From an uncultured Actinomycetes bacterium (lineage in GTDB: Bacteria; Actinomycetota; Thermoleophilia; UBA2241): DNA of 64,000 nt. Each line of letters begins with the position of its first letter. The stretch's first letter is position 1. The stretch lies in contig CAVPVX010000001.1 in assembly GCA_963709345.1 (NCBI GenBank), positions 256,001 through 320,000 of the forward strand. The letters run 5' to 3'. Made by a program: the position numbers and the translations under genes. Below, in pieces: positions 28,120 to 37,373 of this stretch. The notes under the pieces were generated by a model that did no database searches, had not been told where the DNA came from, and saw only the letters and a program-made list of their open reading frames with translations.

Positions 28120-30638
28120 CCGAGCGCACCCTCGAGCTCGCGCTGCTCCTCCCTCGCCAAGCCGAGTGCGGCGGGTGCGTGAGCGAGCTCGGTCGCGAGC
28201 TGGGGCGCCTCGAGGGCATCCACGGCGCCGAGGCCGATGTTCCCCGCGGCCTGCTCACCGTGCGCTTCGACGAGCAGGTCCTGGCGCCGGCCGACATCGA
28301 GGTATTCGCCCACCGCGCCGGGGCTCAAGCGCACTGCGAAGCCCACTGCCCGCTCGGCACGCACCGGCACGCTACGCTCGACCTCAGCCGGCCCCTGCCC
28401 GGCGAAGCCGGCGCCGACGAACGCCGGCTGCTGCACGTCACCGGCATGGACTGCGCCGACTGCGCGGTCAAGCTTCAGAACGCCCTTCGCAAGGAACGAG
28501 GGGTGCGCGGCGCCGACGTCAGCTTCGGCGCCGCCACCCTGGCCGTCACCGTCGACCCGGACCAGACCGACATCACTCGCGTCTTTCGCGCCGTCCGCCG
28601 CCTCGGGTATGACACCGTCGAGCGCAAAGGGCAGGCGTCGGCGACGAAGCGCGCACCAGACGCCGGCCGGCGCGACAGCGTCGGGCGTGGAGGATCCGCG
28701 ACCGTTGCCATCGCAGGCGCCGGCGCTTCCGCCGCCACTGATGCCGCAGACCGGACCCACCGAGAGGGACGCGGCTTCTGGCTGGCCGATCGCCGTGCCC
28801 TGCTCACGCTCGTATCCGGAGCGCTGGCCGTCGCCGGCTTCGCCTCTCTCGCGCTCGCGCCGGCGACGGCCGACTGGCTCTTCGCCCTGGCCGTTGTGAG
28901 CGGCGGCCTGTTCGTGGCCCGCGCCGCCTTCTTCAGCCTGCGCGCCCGGCAGGTCGACATGAACGTGCTGATGATCCTGGCAATAATCGGGGCCGGGGCC
29001 ATCGGCGAGTGGTCCGAGGCGGCGCTGGTCGCCTTCCTCTTCAGCTTCGGAACCGCTCTGCAGGTTGCGACTCTGGAGCGTACGCGACGCGCGATCAGCG
29101 GTCTGATGAACCTGACGCCGCCCGTGGCGACGGTGCTGCGTCCGGTTGGACTGGGCCCTCCGAGCGAACAAGCCGTGCCGGTCGCCGACATCGCTCCGGG
29201 CGACCTGGTGCTCGTCCGTCCGGGCGAGCGCTCCGCCGTCGACGGCGTCGTGACGCACGGCACGGCGGCGGCCGACCAGGCTTCCCTCACCGGGGAGTCT
29301 CTGCCGGTGGCGAAGGCGCCGGGGGACCAGGTCTTCGCCGGCTCGATCATCGAAGGCGGCGCGCTGACCGTCCGCGCCACCGCGGGTGCGAGCGACACGA
29401 CCATCGCCCGGATCGTGCACATGGTCGAGGAGGCGCAGGCCCGGCGCGCGCCCACGCAGACCATCGTCGACCGGTTCGCAAGCAGGTACACACCGGTCGT
29501 GGTCGCGCTCGCGGCGGTCGTCGCCTTCGTCCCACCGCTTCTGGGCGCATCCTTCGACACCTGGTTCTACCGCGGGCTCGCGCTCCTCATCATCAGCTGC
29601 CCGTGCGCGCTCGTGATCTCCACCCCGGTGAGCGTCCTGGCGGCGCTGGCGCGCGCGACGCGAAGCGGGGTCCTGATCAAGGGCGGCGTGTACCTGGAGC
29701 AGATGGCCGGGATCAAGGCGATCGCTTTCGACAAGACCGGCACGCTCACCGAAGGCCGCCCCCGGGTGACCGACGTCCAGACCTTCGGCGACACCACCGA
29801 GGTCGAACTCCTCAGCATAGCGGCCGCGCTGGAGCGCTACAGCGAACACGCTCTGGCGAGGGCGATCGTCGAGCGCTCGCAGGCAGGCCCAGACCTCGGC
29901 ATCCAGCGCTTCCGCGCCATCGCCGGCATGGGCGTGCGCGCCGAGCTGGACGGCCGGGTCCACTACGTGGGCCGGCCCGGGCTCCTCGGCGCCCACGGCT
30001 CCGATCCAGCGCTCCTCCGCACGATCGCCGGACTCGAGCGCCAGGGCAAGACGACGGTGGTGGTCGGAGACGCCTCCGGCGCCATCGGCGTGATCGCCGT
30101 CAGCGATCCCCTGCGAGCGGGCGCCGCAGAGGCCGTCGCCGAACTGAGGCGCCTCGGCGTGAGCGAGGTGGCGATGCTCACCGGCGACAACGCCAAGACG
30201 GCGGAGGCGGTGGCCGCACGTGCCGGCATCACCGACGTGCGCGCGGGCCTCCTGCCCGCAGACAAGGTGACGGTGATCTCCGAGCTGCGCGACCGCGCCG
30301 GCGCGGTCGCGATGGTAGGCGACGGCGTCAACGACGCTCCAGCGCTGGCAGCCGCGTCCCTCGGCCTCGCCATGGGAGCGGCCGGCACCGACGCAGCCCT
30401 CGAGACAGCGGACATCGCCCTGATGGGAGACGACCTGGGCGCCGTGCCCGCCACCGTCCGCCTCGCACGGCGGACCACCCGCGTGATCTGGCAGAACATC
30501 GTGTTCTCGATCGCCGTCAAGGCGGTCTTCCTCGTCTTGGCGCCCCTCGGCCTGGTGAGCCTCTGGCTCGCCGTGTTCGCGGACATGGGGACATCTCTGC
30601 TCGTCACCGCCAACGGCGTGCGCCTCTATCGCCGCTGA
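28116..30638 (+). CDS. Heavy-metal P1B-type ATPase (Zn/Cd/Pb type, CadA/ZntA-like)
   Basis: Two N-terminal CxxC HMA domains, TGES, SCPC, DKTGTLT, GDGVNDAPA, TM K and ADMG residues. Confidence 0.95.
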   Translation: MTERTLELALLLPRQAECGGCVSELGRELGRLEGIHGAEADVPRGLLTVRFDEQVLAPADIEVFAHRAGAQAHCEAHCPLGTHRHATLDLSRPLPGEAGADERRLLHVTGMDCADCAVKLQNALRKERGVRGADVSFGAATLAVTVDPDQTDITRVFRAVRRLGYDTVERKGQASATKRAPDAGRRDSVGRGGSATVAIAGAGASAATDAADRTHREGRGFWLADRRALLTLVSGALAVAGFASLALAPATADWLFALAVVSGGLFVARAAFFSLRARQVDMNVLMILAIIGAGAIGEWSEAALVAFLFSFGTALQVATLERTRRAISGLMNLTPPVATVLRPVGLGPPSEQAVPVADIAPGDLVLVRPGERSAVDGVVTHGTAAADQASLTGESLPVAKAPGDQVFAGSIIEGGALTVRATAGASDTTIARIVHMVEEAQARRAPTQTIVDRFASRYTPVVVALAAVVAFVPPLLGASFDTWFYRGLALLIISCPCALVISTPVSVLAALARATRSGVLIKGGVYLEQMAGIKAIAFDKTGTLTEGRPRVTDVQTFGDTTEVELLSIAAALERYSEHALARAIVERSQAGPDLGIQRFRAIAGMGVRAELDGRVHYVGRPGLLGAHGSDPALLRTIAGLERQGKTTVVVGDASGAIGVIAVSDPLRAGAAEAVAELRRLGVSEVAMLTGDNAKTAEAVAARAGITDVRAGLLPADKVTVISELRDRAGAVAMVGDGVNDAPALAAASLGLAMGAAGTDAALETADIALMGDDLGAVPATVRLARRTTRVIWQNIVFSIAVKAVFLVLAPLGLVSLWLAVFADMGTSLLVTANGVRLYRR

Positions 30639-30930
30639 CCGGTCCCGCCTGACTCGCCCCGTTCGCTCCTCCCTGCGTGAGTAGGGTCCAGTACCCCTTT
30701 GCCTTGGGCCCCAAAGAGCACATGATGGGGGGGGTGTGCCCGAGGAAAGGGTCAGCCGCATGTGCGGTCCCTGTTACCTGCGTGCAGAGCTCGGCACTTC
30801 ACACGTCGACGTCATCACGACGTGCGCGGTCGACGACGCCCTTGGACCGCCGCGCATGGCCGGCTCTCATCCGCGAACCGGAGTGGCAAGCGGACCGTCC
30901 GGTCCGAATCCCGGACTCGGGGCGTGACCC

Positions 30931-33642
30931 GTGCCCACCACCCCCGACACCCTGGAAGCGGCGATCACGCGCCTGGCCATCCACGACCACCTCTGTCTCA
31001 TCTACGAATCCCGGGCCGAGCAGTTCGCGGCCGTCATCCCCTTCATCAGCTGTGGCCTCGACGCCGGACAACGTTGCGTCTACATCGCCGACGACAACAC
31101 CGCCGGCGACGTCATTGTCGCCCTGCGGGACTCCGGCATCGATACGGATGCGGTGATGACAAGCGGCGCCTTGCGGATCCTCACCAAGCGGGAGTCGTAT
31201 CTGCGCAGCGAACGCTTCGACCCGGACGAAATGATCGCCTTCCTCGGCACCGCGGAAGACGAGGCGAGAACCGACGGCTTCGTCGCCCTGCGCGTCACCG
31301 GAGAGATGACCTGGGTGCTCGATGGGGAGCCGGGCACCGAGCGTCTCTTCGAGTGCGAGGCGAAGCTCAACCGATTCCTCCCCGATCACGACGTGCTGGT
31401 GATCTGCCAGTACGACCGCCGACGCTTCGCGGCGGGAGTGATCCTCGACGTAATCCGCACCCATCCGGTCGTCATCGCCGGCGACACGTTGTGCGACAAC
31501 ATCTACTACGTCCCCCCAGATGGATTCCTGCGGGGCGGTGATTCCGGCCTGGAGGTCGACCGGATGCTGGCCGCCTTGCGGGAGATGCGATCGTCACAAC
31601 GGGCCCTCGAACGCGGGTCGAAGGCGTGGTCGACCACGTTCGACGCGATGAACGATGCCGTCTGCCTGCTTGCTCGCGACGGCACGGTGATACGCGGCAA
31701 CAGCGCCATGGCCGCTCTGGTCGGCCGCACCGCGGACGAGATCGTCGGCGCCAGGTGCCATGAACTGGTTCACGGATCGCACTCCTTCGACGAAAGCTGC
31801 CCGTTCCAGAAGATGCTGCGCACCGGCGAGTGCGAGAGCTTCGAGATGTCACTCGGTGAGCGCTGGTTCCAGGTCACCGCCGACCCGCTCTTCGGCGACG
31901 CCGAAGAGATCGTCGGCGCCGTGCACATCCTCCGCGACATCAGCGAGCGCAAGGAGGCGGAGCGCGCCTTGGCGGCGGAGACGCACAGCCTGAGCCTGAT
32001 GACGGACCTCGCCCTTGACCTTGCTTCCCTGGACGCCGACGCGGACATCGGCGCCTTCATCGCGGACCGGCTGATGGAGGCGACTGCGGCCGTGGCCGCC
32101 GCCTTCACTGAGTACGACCCGGACGAGCGCGTCCTCGTGACCCGCAGCGTGGTCCTCCAGCCCGGGATGGCAAGCCGGCTTGCGGCGCCTCTGCTCAAGC
32201 GGATCTCGAACGCGAAGTCCCCGGTGAGCGATGAGGCGTACGCGGAGATCCTCAGTTCCGTCGTGGGCGTCCGCCCCACGCTGGCCGAGGCGTCGTTCGG
32301 AGCGATCCCGCCGCGAATCGGCGCCACCGTGCAGAGGCTGCTCGGCGTCGACAGGTTCCTCGTGATCGCGTTCGTTGTCGAAGGAGAGCTCTTCGGCACC
32401 GCTATCGTTGGGCTGAAGAGGGGCGCACCGGAGCCGCCGCGGGCGCGGCTCGAGTCCATCGCCCACGTTGCCGCCGTCTCGCTGCGGCGGCGGCGCGCAG
32501 AGGACGAACTGCGCTCCAGCGAAGCCAAGGCGCGCTTCTGGGCCGAAGTCGTCGAGCACGCGGCGGAGCCGATCGCCATCGGCTTCCCGGACGGGCGTCT
32601 GGGAGACTGCAACGAGGCATGGTGCAACCTCACCGGCTACACGCGCGAAGAGCTCGGCTCCACCGACTGGGCCACCGTGCTCACTCCGCGTGAATGGATG
32701 GAGCCGGAATCCGCCGCGCTGGCCGATCTGGAGCGCACCGGGCGACCGGTGCGCTATGAGAAGGAGATCATCCGCAAGGACGGCACACGAGTGCCGGTCG
32801 ACATGCTCGTGCACGTGGCCCGCGACCAGGAAGGTCATGCCCTTCATTTCACCGGATTCGTCACCGACATCTCGGAGCGCAAGCGGTCGGAGGCGACGAT
32901 CCGCGGGCTGACCGCGGACCTCGAGCGCAGGGTCGAGGAGCGCACGCGGGAGCTCACCATCGCCAATCGGAGGCTCCAGGAGTTCGTGTACTCCGTCTCA
33001 CACGACCTGCGCACGCCGCTACGCGCCCTGGACGGATTCAGCCTCAGCGTGCTCGAGCGCTGCGGCGACGTCCTCGACGAGCAAGGACGCGACGACCTGC
33101 GCAGGGTCCGGGCGGCGGCGCAGCGGCTGGGCCGGCTCATCGACGGGCTGCTGTCGCTGGCCAAGGCCGGGCATCGCGCCCCGAGACTCGAAGAGACCGA
33201 CCTCTCGGCCATAGCGAGGGGGGTCGTCGAAGAGCTGCGGCAGGCCGAGCCCGAGCGCATCGCAGAGGTGGTTATTGAGGCTGGGCTGATGGCCGAGACG
33301 GATGCGGTACTCGCCGATGTCGTCCTCGGGAATCTGCTGCAAAACGCCTGGAAGTTCACGTCGCGAGAGCAGGTGGCTCACATCGCCGTCGGCGCGGCTG
33401 TCCGGGACGGGAGACCGGCCTTCTACGTACGCGACAACGGCGTCGGCTTCGATCCCGCGTACGCGAGAAAACTGTTCACGCCGTTCGAGAGCCTGCACTC
33501 TGCCGCCGAGTTCTCCGGAACGGGGGTCGGGCTCGCCACGGTCTCCCGTACGCTCGAGAGCCTTGGCGGCACCTGCTGGGCGGAGGGAGCGATCGGCGAG
33601 GGGGCGACCTTCTACTTCGTCCTCGCGGCCGCGACGACCTAG
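30931..33642 (+). CDS. Cytoplasmic sensor histidine kinase (MEDS-PAS-GAF-like-PAS-HisKA-HATPase)
   Basis: HDHLCLIY, LRVTGEMTW, ICQYD (MEDS); YSVSHDLRTPLR, NAWKFT, DNGVGFD, GTGVGL. Confidence 0.92.
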   Translation: MPTTPDTLEAAITRLAIHDHLCLIYESRAEQFAAVIPFISCGLDAGQRCVYIADDNTAGDVIVALRDSGIDTDAVMTSGALRILTKRESYLRSERFDPDEMIAFLGTAEDEARTDGFVALRVTGEMTWVLDGEPGTERLFECEAKLNRFLPDHDVLVICQYDRRRFAAGVILDVIRTHPVVIAGDTLCDNIYYVPPDGFLRGGDSGLEVDRMLAALREMRSSQRALERGSKAWSTTFDAMNDAVCLLARDGTVIRGNSAMAALVGRTADEIVGARCHELVHGSHSFDESCPFQKMLRTGECESFEMSLGERWFQVTADPLFGDAEEIVGAVHILRDISERKEAERALAAETHSLSLMTDLALDLASLDADADIGAFIADRLMEATAAVAAAFTEYDPDERVLVTRSVVLQPGMASRLAAPLLKRISNAKSPVSDEAYAEILSSVVGVRPTLAEASFGAIPPRIGATVQRLLGVDRFLVIAFVVEGELFGTAIVGLKRGAPEPPRARLESIAHVAAVSLRRRRAEDELRSSEAKARFWAEVVEHAAEPIAIGFPDGRLGDCNEAWCNLTGYTREELGSTDWATVLTPREWMEPESAALADLERTGRPVRYEKEIIRKDGTRVPVDMLVHVARDQEGHALHFTGFVTDISERKRSEATIRGLTADLERRVEERTRELTIANRRLQEFVYSVSHDLRTPLRALDGFSLSVLERCGDVLDEQGRDDLRRVRAAAQRLGRLIDGLLSLAKAGHRAPRLEETDLSAIARGVVEELRQAEPERIAEVVIEAGLMAETDAVLADVVLGNLLQNAWKFTSREQVAHIAVGAAVRDGRPAFYVRDNGVGFDPAYARKLFTPFESLHSAAEFSGTGVGLATVSRTLESLGGTCWAEGAIGEGATFYFVLAAATT

Positions 33643-33658
33643 CGGTAGACTGGGCGGC

Positions 33659-33880
33659 ATGACGACCGTGATCTACACCAAGCCGGGTTGCCCGTACTGC
33701 GCCGCCGCCAAGCAGGACCTCGAGGCGCGCAGCGTCGACTACGACGAAATCGACGTGTACACCAGGGCGGGAGCCCGCGAGCAGCTCGCCGAACTCACCG
33801 GAGGCATGAACGTGGTGCCGGTGATCATCGACGACGACGACGAGGTGCACGTCGCCGCCGGAGGCGGCTGAAGCATCTGA
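33659..33880 (+). CDS. Glutaredoxin-like UXX-star (seleno)protein, probable Sec at UGA 33869-33871
   Basis: YTKPGCPYC, VPVI; ends GGG-TGA-AGC-ATC-TGA; hairpin GGGCGCG-cgtgc-CGCGCCC at 33882-33900; leaderless TAGACT. Confidence 0.85.
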
Positions 33881-33906
33881 CGGGCGCGCGTGCCGCGCCC
33901 CGGACG

Positions 33907-33950
33907 CGACGAAGGGCGCAGCCGACAGACGCCGGCCGCGCCCTTCGTCG
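33907..33950. terminator. Hairpin between convergent genes
   Basis: CGACGAAGGGCGC ... GCGCCCTTCGTCG 13-bp inverted repeat. Confidence 0.6.
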
Positions 33951-33953
33951 TCC

Positions 33954-34325
33954 CTACTTCTTGACCGGTAGCCCTGCCTTCTTCCAGGCCATGAGGCCGC
34001 CGTGGACGTTGGTCACCTTCGTGAACCCAATGCCCGCGAGCCGCTTCGCCTGTCGCGGACTGCGATGGCCGCTCAGGCAGATGACGAGGACGTCGTCGTC
34101 GCGCCCCAGCCCGGTCGCGTCCTCCTTGATGAGCTGCGGGGGCACGCTCCGGGCTCCCTTGGGGCGCCCAGCGTGCGCGAACTCCCTCGGGGAGCGCACG
34201 TCGATCAACTTCGCGCCCCTCCTGCTGCGGGCAAACGCCTCACGCACATCGATGGTCTCGACGATCGTGTCGCGCCCGGATCCGGCTGCGCTGCCCGCGC
34301 CGAGCCTCCGTGTGAACGGCCACAT
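33954..34325 (-). CDS. Rhodanese-like sulfurtransferase
   Basis: LIDVRSPREF, ICLSGHRS active-site loop, VHGGLMAWKKAGLP. Confidence 0.92.
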   Translation of the reverse strand: MWPFTRRLGAGSAAGSGRDTIVETIDVREAFARSRRGAKLIDVRSPREFAHAGRPKGARSVPPQLIKEDATGLGRDDDVLVICLSGHRSPRQAKRLAGIGFTKVTNVHGGLMAWKKAGLPVKK

Positions 34326-34348
34326 GGGTGCTGCTCCTTGCCGGGTGG

Positions 34349-34717
34349 TCAGACGGGTGCGCTGTCGCGCTGAGGTTCCTCGACCAGCGTGTCGTACAAC
34401 ACCTCGAACGGGCCGCTTGAGAGGATGGACTGCAGGGTCTCGTAGATCCTCTGCACCGGCGGGCTCTGATAGAACTCGTCGTGGAGTCGCAGGTCGTCCC
34501 ACTCGGTCTCGAAGACGAAGTGGATGTCCCCAAGGGCGGCCTCACGGCCCTCGTCCCGCAGCGCGCTGGCGAGCGGCGACATGCCGAACGAGCGGAGAAC
34601 GCGGTGCGCCGTGTGCCCGGGGGCGCCCTGGAGATACCCGGCAAGTTCCTGAAGCGCTCGCTCGGCGCGGTGTTCCGTGCCTTTGCGAACGCTGAACATC
34701 GTTTGGCCGATCATCAT
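34349..34717 (-). CDS. ABM (antibiotic biosynthesis monooxygenase)-fold protein
   Basis: FSVRKGTE, APGH...VLRS, FVFETEWDD...HDEF pattern; SD GGAG. Confidence 0.7.
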   Translation of the reverse strand: MMIGQTMFSVRKGTEHRAERALQELAGYLQGAPGHTAHRVLRSFGMSPLASALRDEGREAALGDIHFVFETEWDDLRLHDEFYQSPPVQRIYETLQSILSSGPFEVLYDTLVEEPQRDSAPV

Positions 34718-34841
34718 CGGAGTCACTCCTTCACGGAGACTGCATAGCCTTTGTACCCGTACGCGCCGGGATGGAACGGCGACCTGGGGGAACGGCACCT
34801 CGACGAGCCCGGCACACGCCGGCGTCGGTGGCCGCGAGAGC

Positions 34842-35294
34842 TCAGCGCACCACCTGGCGGAATGCGGCGACGAGCTTCGGCGTCTTGACCGCCGCCTCGC
34901 CCTCGCCGCTCCAGACGATCTTGCCGGCGCGGTCGATGATGAACACCATGGGGCGAACGGTGCCGTCCTTCTTGAGTGCACCGTACAGCTGTGCCACGCT
35001 GCCCTCGTCCGACAGCAGCGGGAACGCGAGGCTCTCCACGCTCGCGGCCAACGCCCTGACGTCGTCCCGGCCGGCGTCGCAGATACCGACGAGCTGACCA
35101 CGGAGACCCCAGAGCGTTGCCGCTGCGGCGCTCAGCTGCTTCAGCATCCGGCCGGCACCCGGGGACTGCGTCGGAACGAAGATTATGACGGGGAACCAGT
35201 CTCCGCGGTACTGCTTGAGATTGATCTCGCTGCCGTCGGCGGCGCTGAGTGTGAACGTCGGCGCTTCGCGGCCGACGCCGAAGTCGTAACCCAC
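34842..35294 (-). CDS. AhpC/TSA redoxin-fold protein lacking the peroxidatic Cys
   Basis: VGREAPTFTL, LKQYRG, FPLLSD, VAQLYG, FIIDRAGKI; PTQSPGA where PxxxTPxC is expected. Confidence 0.82.
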   Translation of the reverse strand: MGYDFGVGREAPTFTLSAADGSEINLKQYRGDWFPVIIFVPTQSPGAGRMLKQLSAAAATLWGLRGQLVGICDAGRDDVRALAASVESLAFPLLSDEGSVAQLYGALKKDGTVRPMVFIIDRAGKIVWSGEGEAAVKTPKLVAAFRQVVR

Positions 35295-35337
35295 GTCGGG
35301 TACCTCCTGACGGTGCAGCGGGCAACGCCCGCGCGTG

Positions 35338-35647
35338 TCAGGAGGAGTGTATCAAAGCGACGGACGACGCGATCCAGACCGGCGATACTGAAGAGGCCCC
35401 TGACGAGTTCGCCGCAGATCACCGAGATGCCGCGCTCCCGTGCCCTGCACGCGACGGAGAACAACACAGCGGCTCCGGTGGAGTGGACGAGATCCGACCC
35501 CGTCATGTCGATGATCAGGCGCCGCACACAGCACTGGCGGCACGCCGGGTTCTGCTGCTTGAACGCGGGAGCGGAGACGGCGTCGACGGCTCCTCGAACG
35601 CTCATGACGTCGACACCATCGGCGAGCGACTCGAAGCTGATGTGCAT
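35338..35647 (-). pseudogene. STAS-domain anti-sigma-factor antagonist, degenerate
   Basis: VRGAVDAVSAPAFKQ, LIIDMTG...HSTG, LFSIAGLD; aberrant middle and no proper stop. Confidence 0.65.
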
Positions 35648-36024
35648 CCCTGCTCTCTCAAGACTTCAGCCCCGATCCGGTGACGCGGCCCGGGGGCGGC
35701 GAGTTCGTCCGTGCCGACCGGCGGAAGTGGCCCACCGGTCGCCCCCGCTGACCGCGGAGGCGCCCGAGGCGCAGGCCGGCGTCGTTCGCGCGGCAACCAG
35801 AGCGCTCGGATCCTGACCGTGCGGGCCACCGCATCCGCCGGTAGAGGCCTTGGTCATCCCGCTCGCAGCCCGTTCGGACCGGCCCGGCGGGGCGGAGGCC
35901 GGCTCGCCACGGGCGGGGTGCGGCGCGGCCCATGAAGGGCCCCAGACCGTACTCGATGAACTCACGGCGCCTGCCGGGGGGTCGAGTGGAGACCAGGCCC
36001 GGCGGCTACCCGGCCAGGGGATGC

Positions 36025-36062
36025 GACGGGGCCGGGCGGCAAGAGCGCCACCCGGCCCCGTC
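36025..36062 (-). terminator. Hairpin downstream of rubrerythrin pair
   Basis: GACGGGGCCGGG ... CCCGGCCCCGTC. Confidence 0.6.
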
Positions 36063-36117
36063 CGGCCGTGTCATTCCTGGAGGGCGGCCGCCCAGAGGCG
36101 GGCCGTCCCATTGCGGG

Positions 36118-36663
36118 TCAGAACGCCCTGTAGTACTCCCTGGCTGCGGCGCACACCGGACACCTGTCCGGAACATCGCCGATCACCGTATGCCCGCAGA
36201 CGAGGCACACGCTCACGGGCTGGTCGGCGACGTCCCTGCCGGCGAGCACCTCGTCGTGCGCATGCGCATACATGCGCCTGTGGTCGTGCTCGGCCTTCAC
36301 CGCGTAGCGGATGCTGCGACTCGCTTGGGCATTGCCCTGCAGCTTCGCGACCTCGGCGTAGGCCGGGTACATCTCGTCGATCTCGAAGCTCTCTCCCTCG
36401 AAGGCCGCCCGGAGATTGTCGGCGGTCGCCCCCACGCCGTTCATCACGCGCAGGTGGTTCCTCGCATGCCTGGTCTCGGCGAAGGAGATGGCTCGGAACA
36501 GCCGGGCCACGTTCGGATACGCCTCTTCCTCCGCCTGCTCGGCGTAGACCATGTACTTCGCGGCCGCCTGGCTCTCACCGCCGAACGCCGCTCTCAGGCT
36601 CTCCCCGGTCATAGCGTTGAGGTCTTCGGGCTTGGGGAGTCGCATCTCGAAGACGTCCTTCAT
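36118..36663 (-). CDS. Rubrerythrin
   Basis: AFGGESQA, AETRHA, GESFE, AEHDH, C-terminal CLVCGH...CPVC. Confidence 0.94.
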   Translation of the reverse strand: MKDVFEMRLPKPEDLNAMTGESLRAAFGGESQAAAKYMVYAEQAEEEAYPNVARLFRAISFAETRHARNHLRVMNGVGATADNLRAAFEGESFEIDEMYPAYAEVAKLQGNAQASRSIRYAVKAEHDHRRMYAHAHDEVLAGRDVADQPVSVCLVCGHTVIGDVPDRCPVCAAAREYYRAF

Positions 36664-37208
36664 CAGAACTCCCTGAAGTGGGGCCCGGCAGTGCCGCACT
36701 GCGGGCACTCGTCGGGTGCGTCACCAATGACGGTGTGACCGCAGATCGGGCAGACGCGCACGGCGTCGACGCCAAGGTCGGCCTTGCCCTCCACGCCCTT
36801 CAGCGTGCTGTCGTAGATGCCCTGGTGGTCCATCTCGGCCTTGAGTGCATAGCGGATGCTCGTCTGGGCGCTGCCGTTCTCCTGAAGCCTGGCGACCGCG
36901 TCGTAGGCCGGGTACATCTCGTCGATCTCGAACGTCTCGCCGCCCCAGGCGGCCTTGAGGTTCTCGCTGGTCGTGCCGATCCTGCCGAGCACGCTGAGGT
37001 GGTTGCGCGCGTGCGTGCTCTCGGCGTAGGCGACGGCACGGAAGAGACGCGCGACGTTCGGGTAGCCTTCGGCGTCGGCAACGTCGGCGAACGCCAGGTA
37101 CTTCTGCGACGCCTGGCTCTCGCCGGCGAGCGCAGCAGCGATGTTCTCCGCCGTCATCGCGCCCTTGTCCTCGGGCGCCGGCGGTACGTTCATGAAGGGG
37201 TCGGCCAT
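36663..37208 (-). CDS. Rubrerythrin
   Basis: ALAGESQA, AESTHA, GETFE, AEMDH, CPICGH...CPQC; SD AAGGAGG. Confidence 0.94.
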   Translation of the reverse strand: MADPFMNVPPAPEDKGAMTAENIAAALAGESQASQKYLAFADVADAEGYPNVARLFRAVAYAESTHARNHLSVLGRIGTTSENLKAAWGGETFEIDEMYPAYDAVARLQENGSAQTSIRYALKAEMDHQGIYDSTLKGVEGKADLGVDAVRVCPICGHTVIGDAPDECPQCGTAGPHFREF

Positions 37209-37373
37209 GGTCTCGTATGCCTCCTTGGGTGCGGGCCCGGCCTGGCTGCCGGCCTGAGCCCAGGTGTGCGGATCGGTCTGAGGTTCGTCTCTCGGAAGCG
37301 TCTGCGGCGGCGGCGCGTGGCGCTCAAAATTGAATGCTGCGCATGCTCTTGGCGGCCGCGGCGCTGCTGCCAC

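Noticed and set aside
19339-30761. Many long antisense or alternate-frame ORFs (e.g. 19339-21372, 23530-25509, 27993-30761)
   Set aside because: Expected shadows of real genes at high GC; no recognisable motifs
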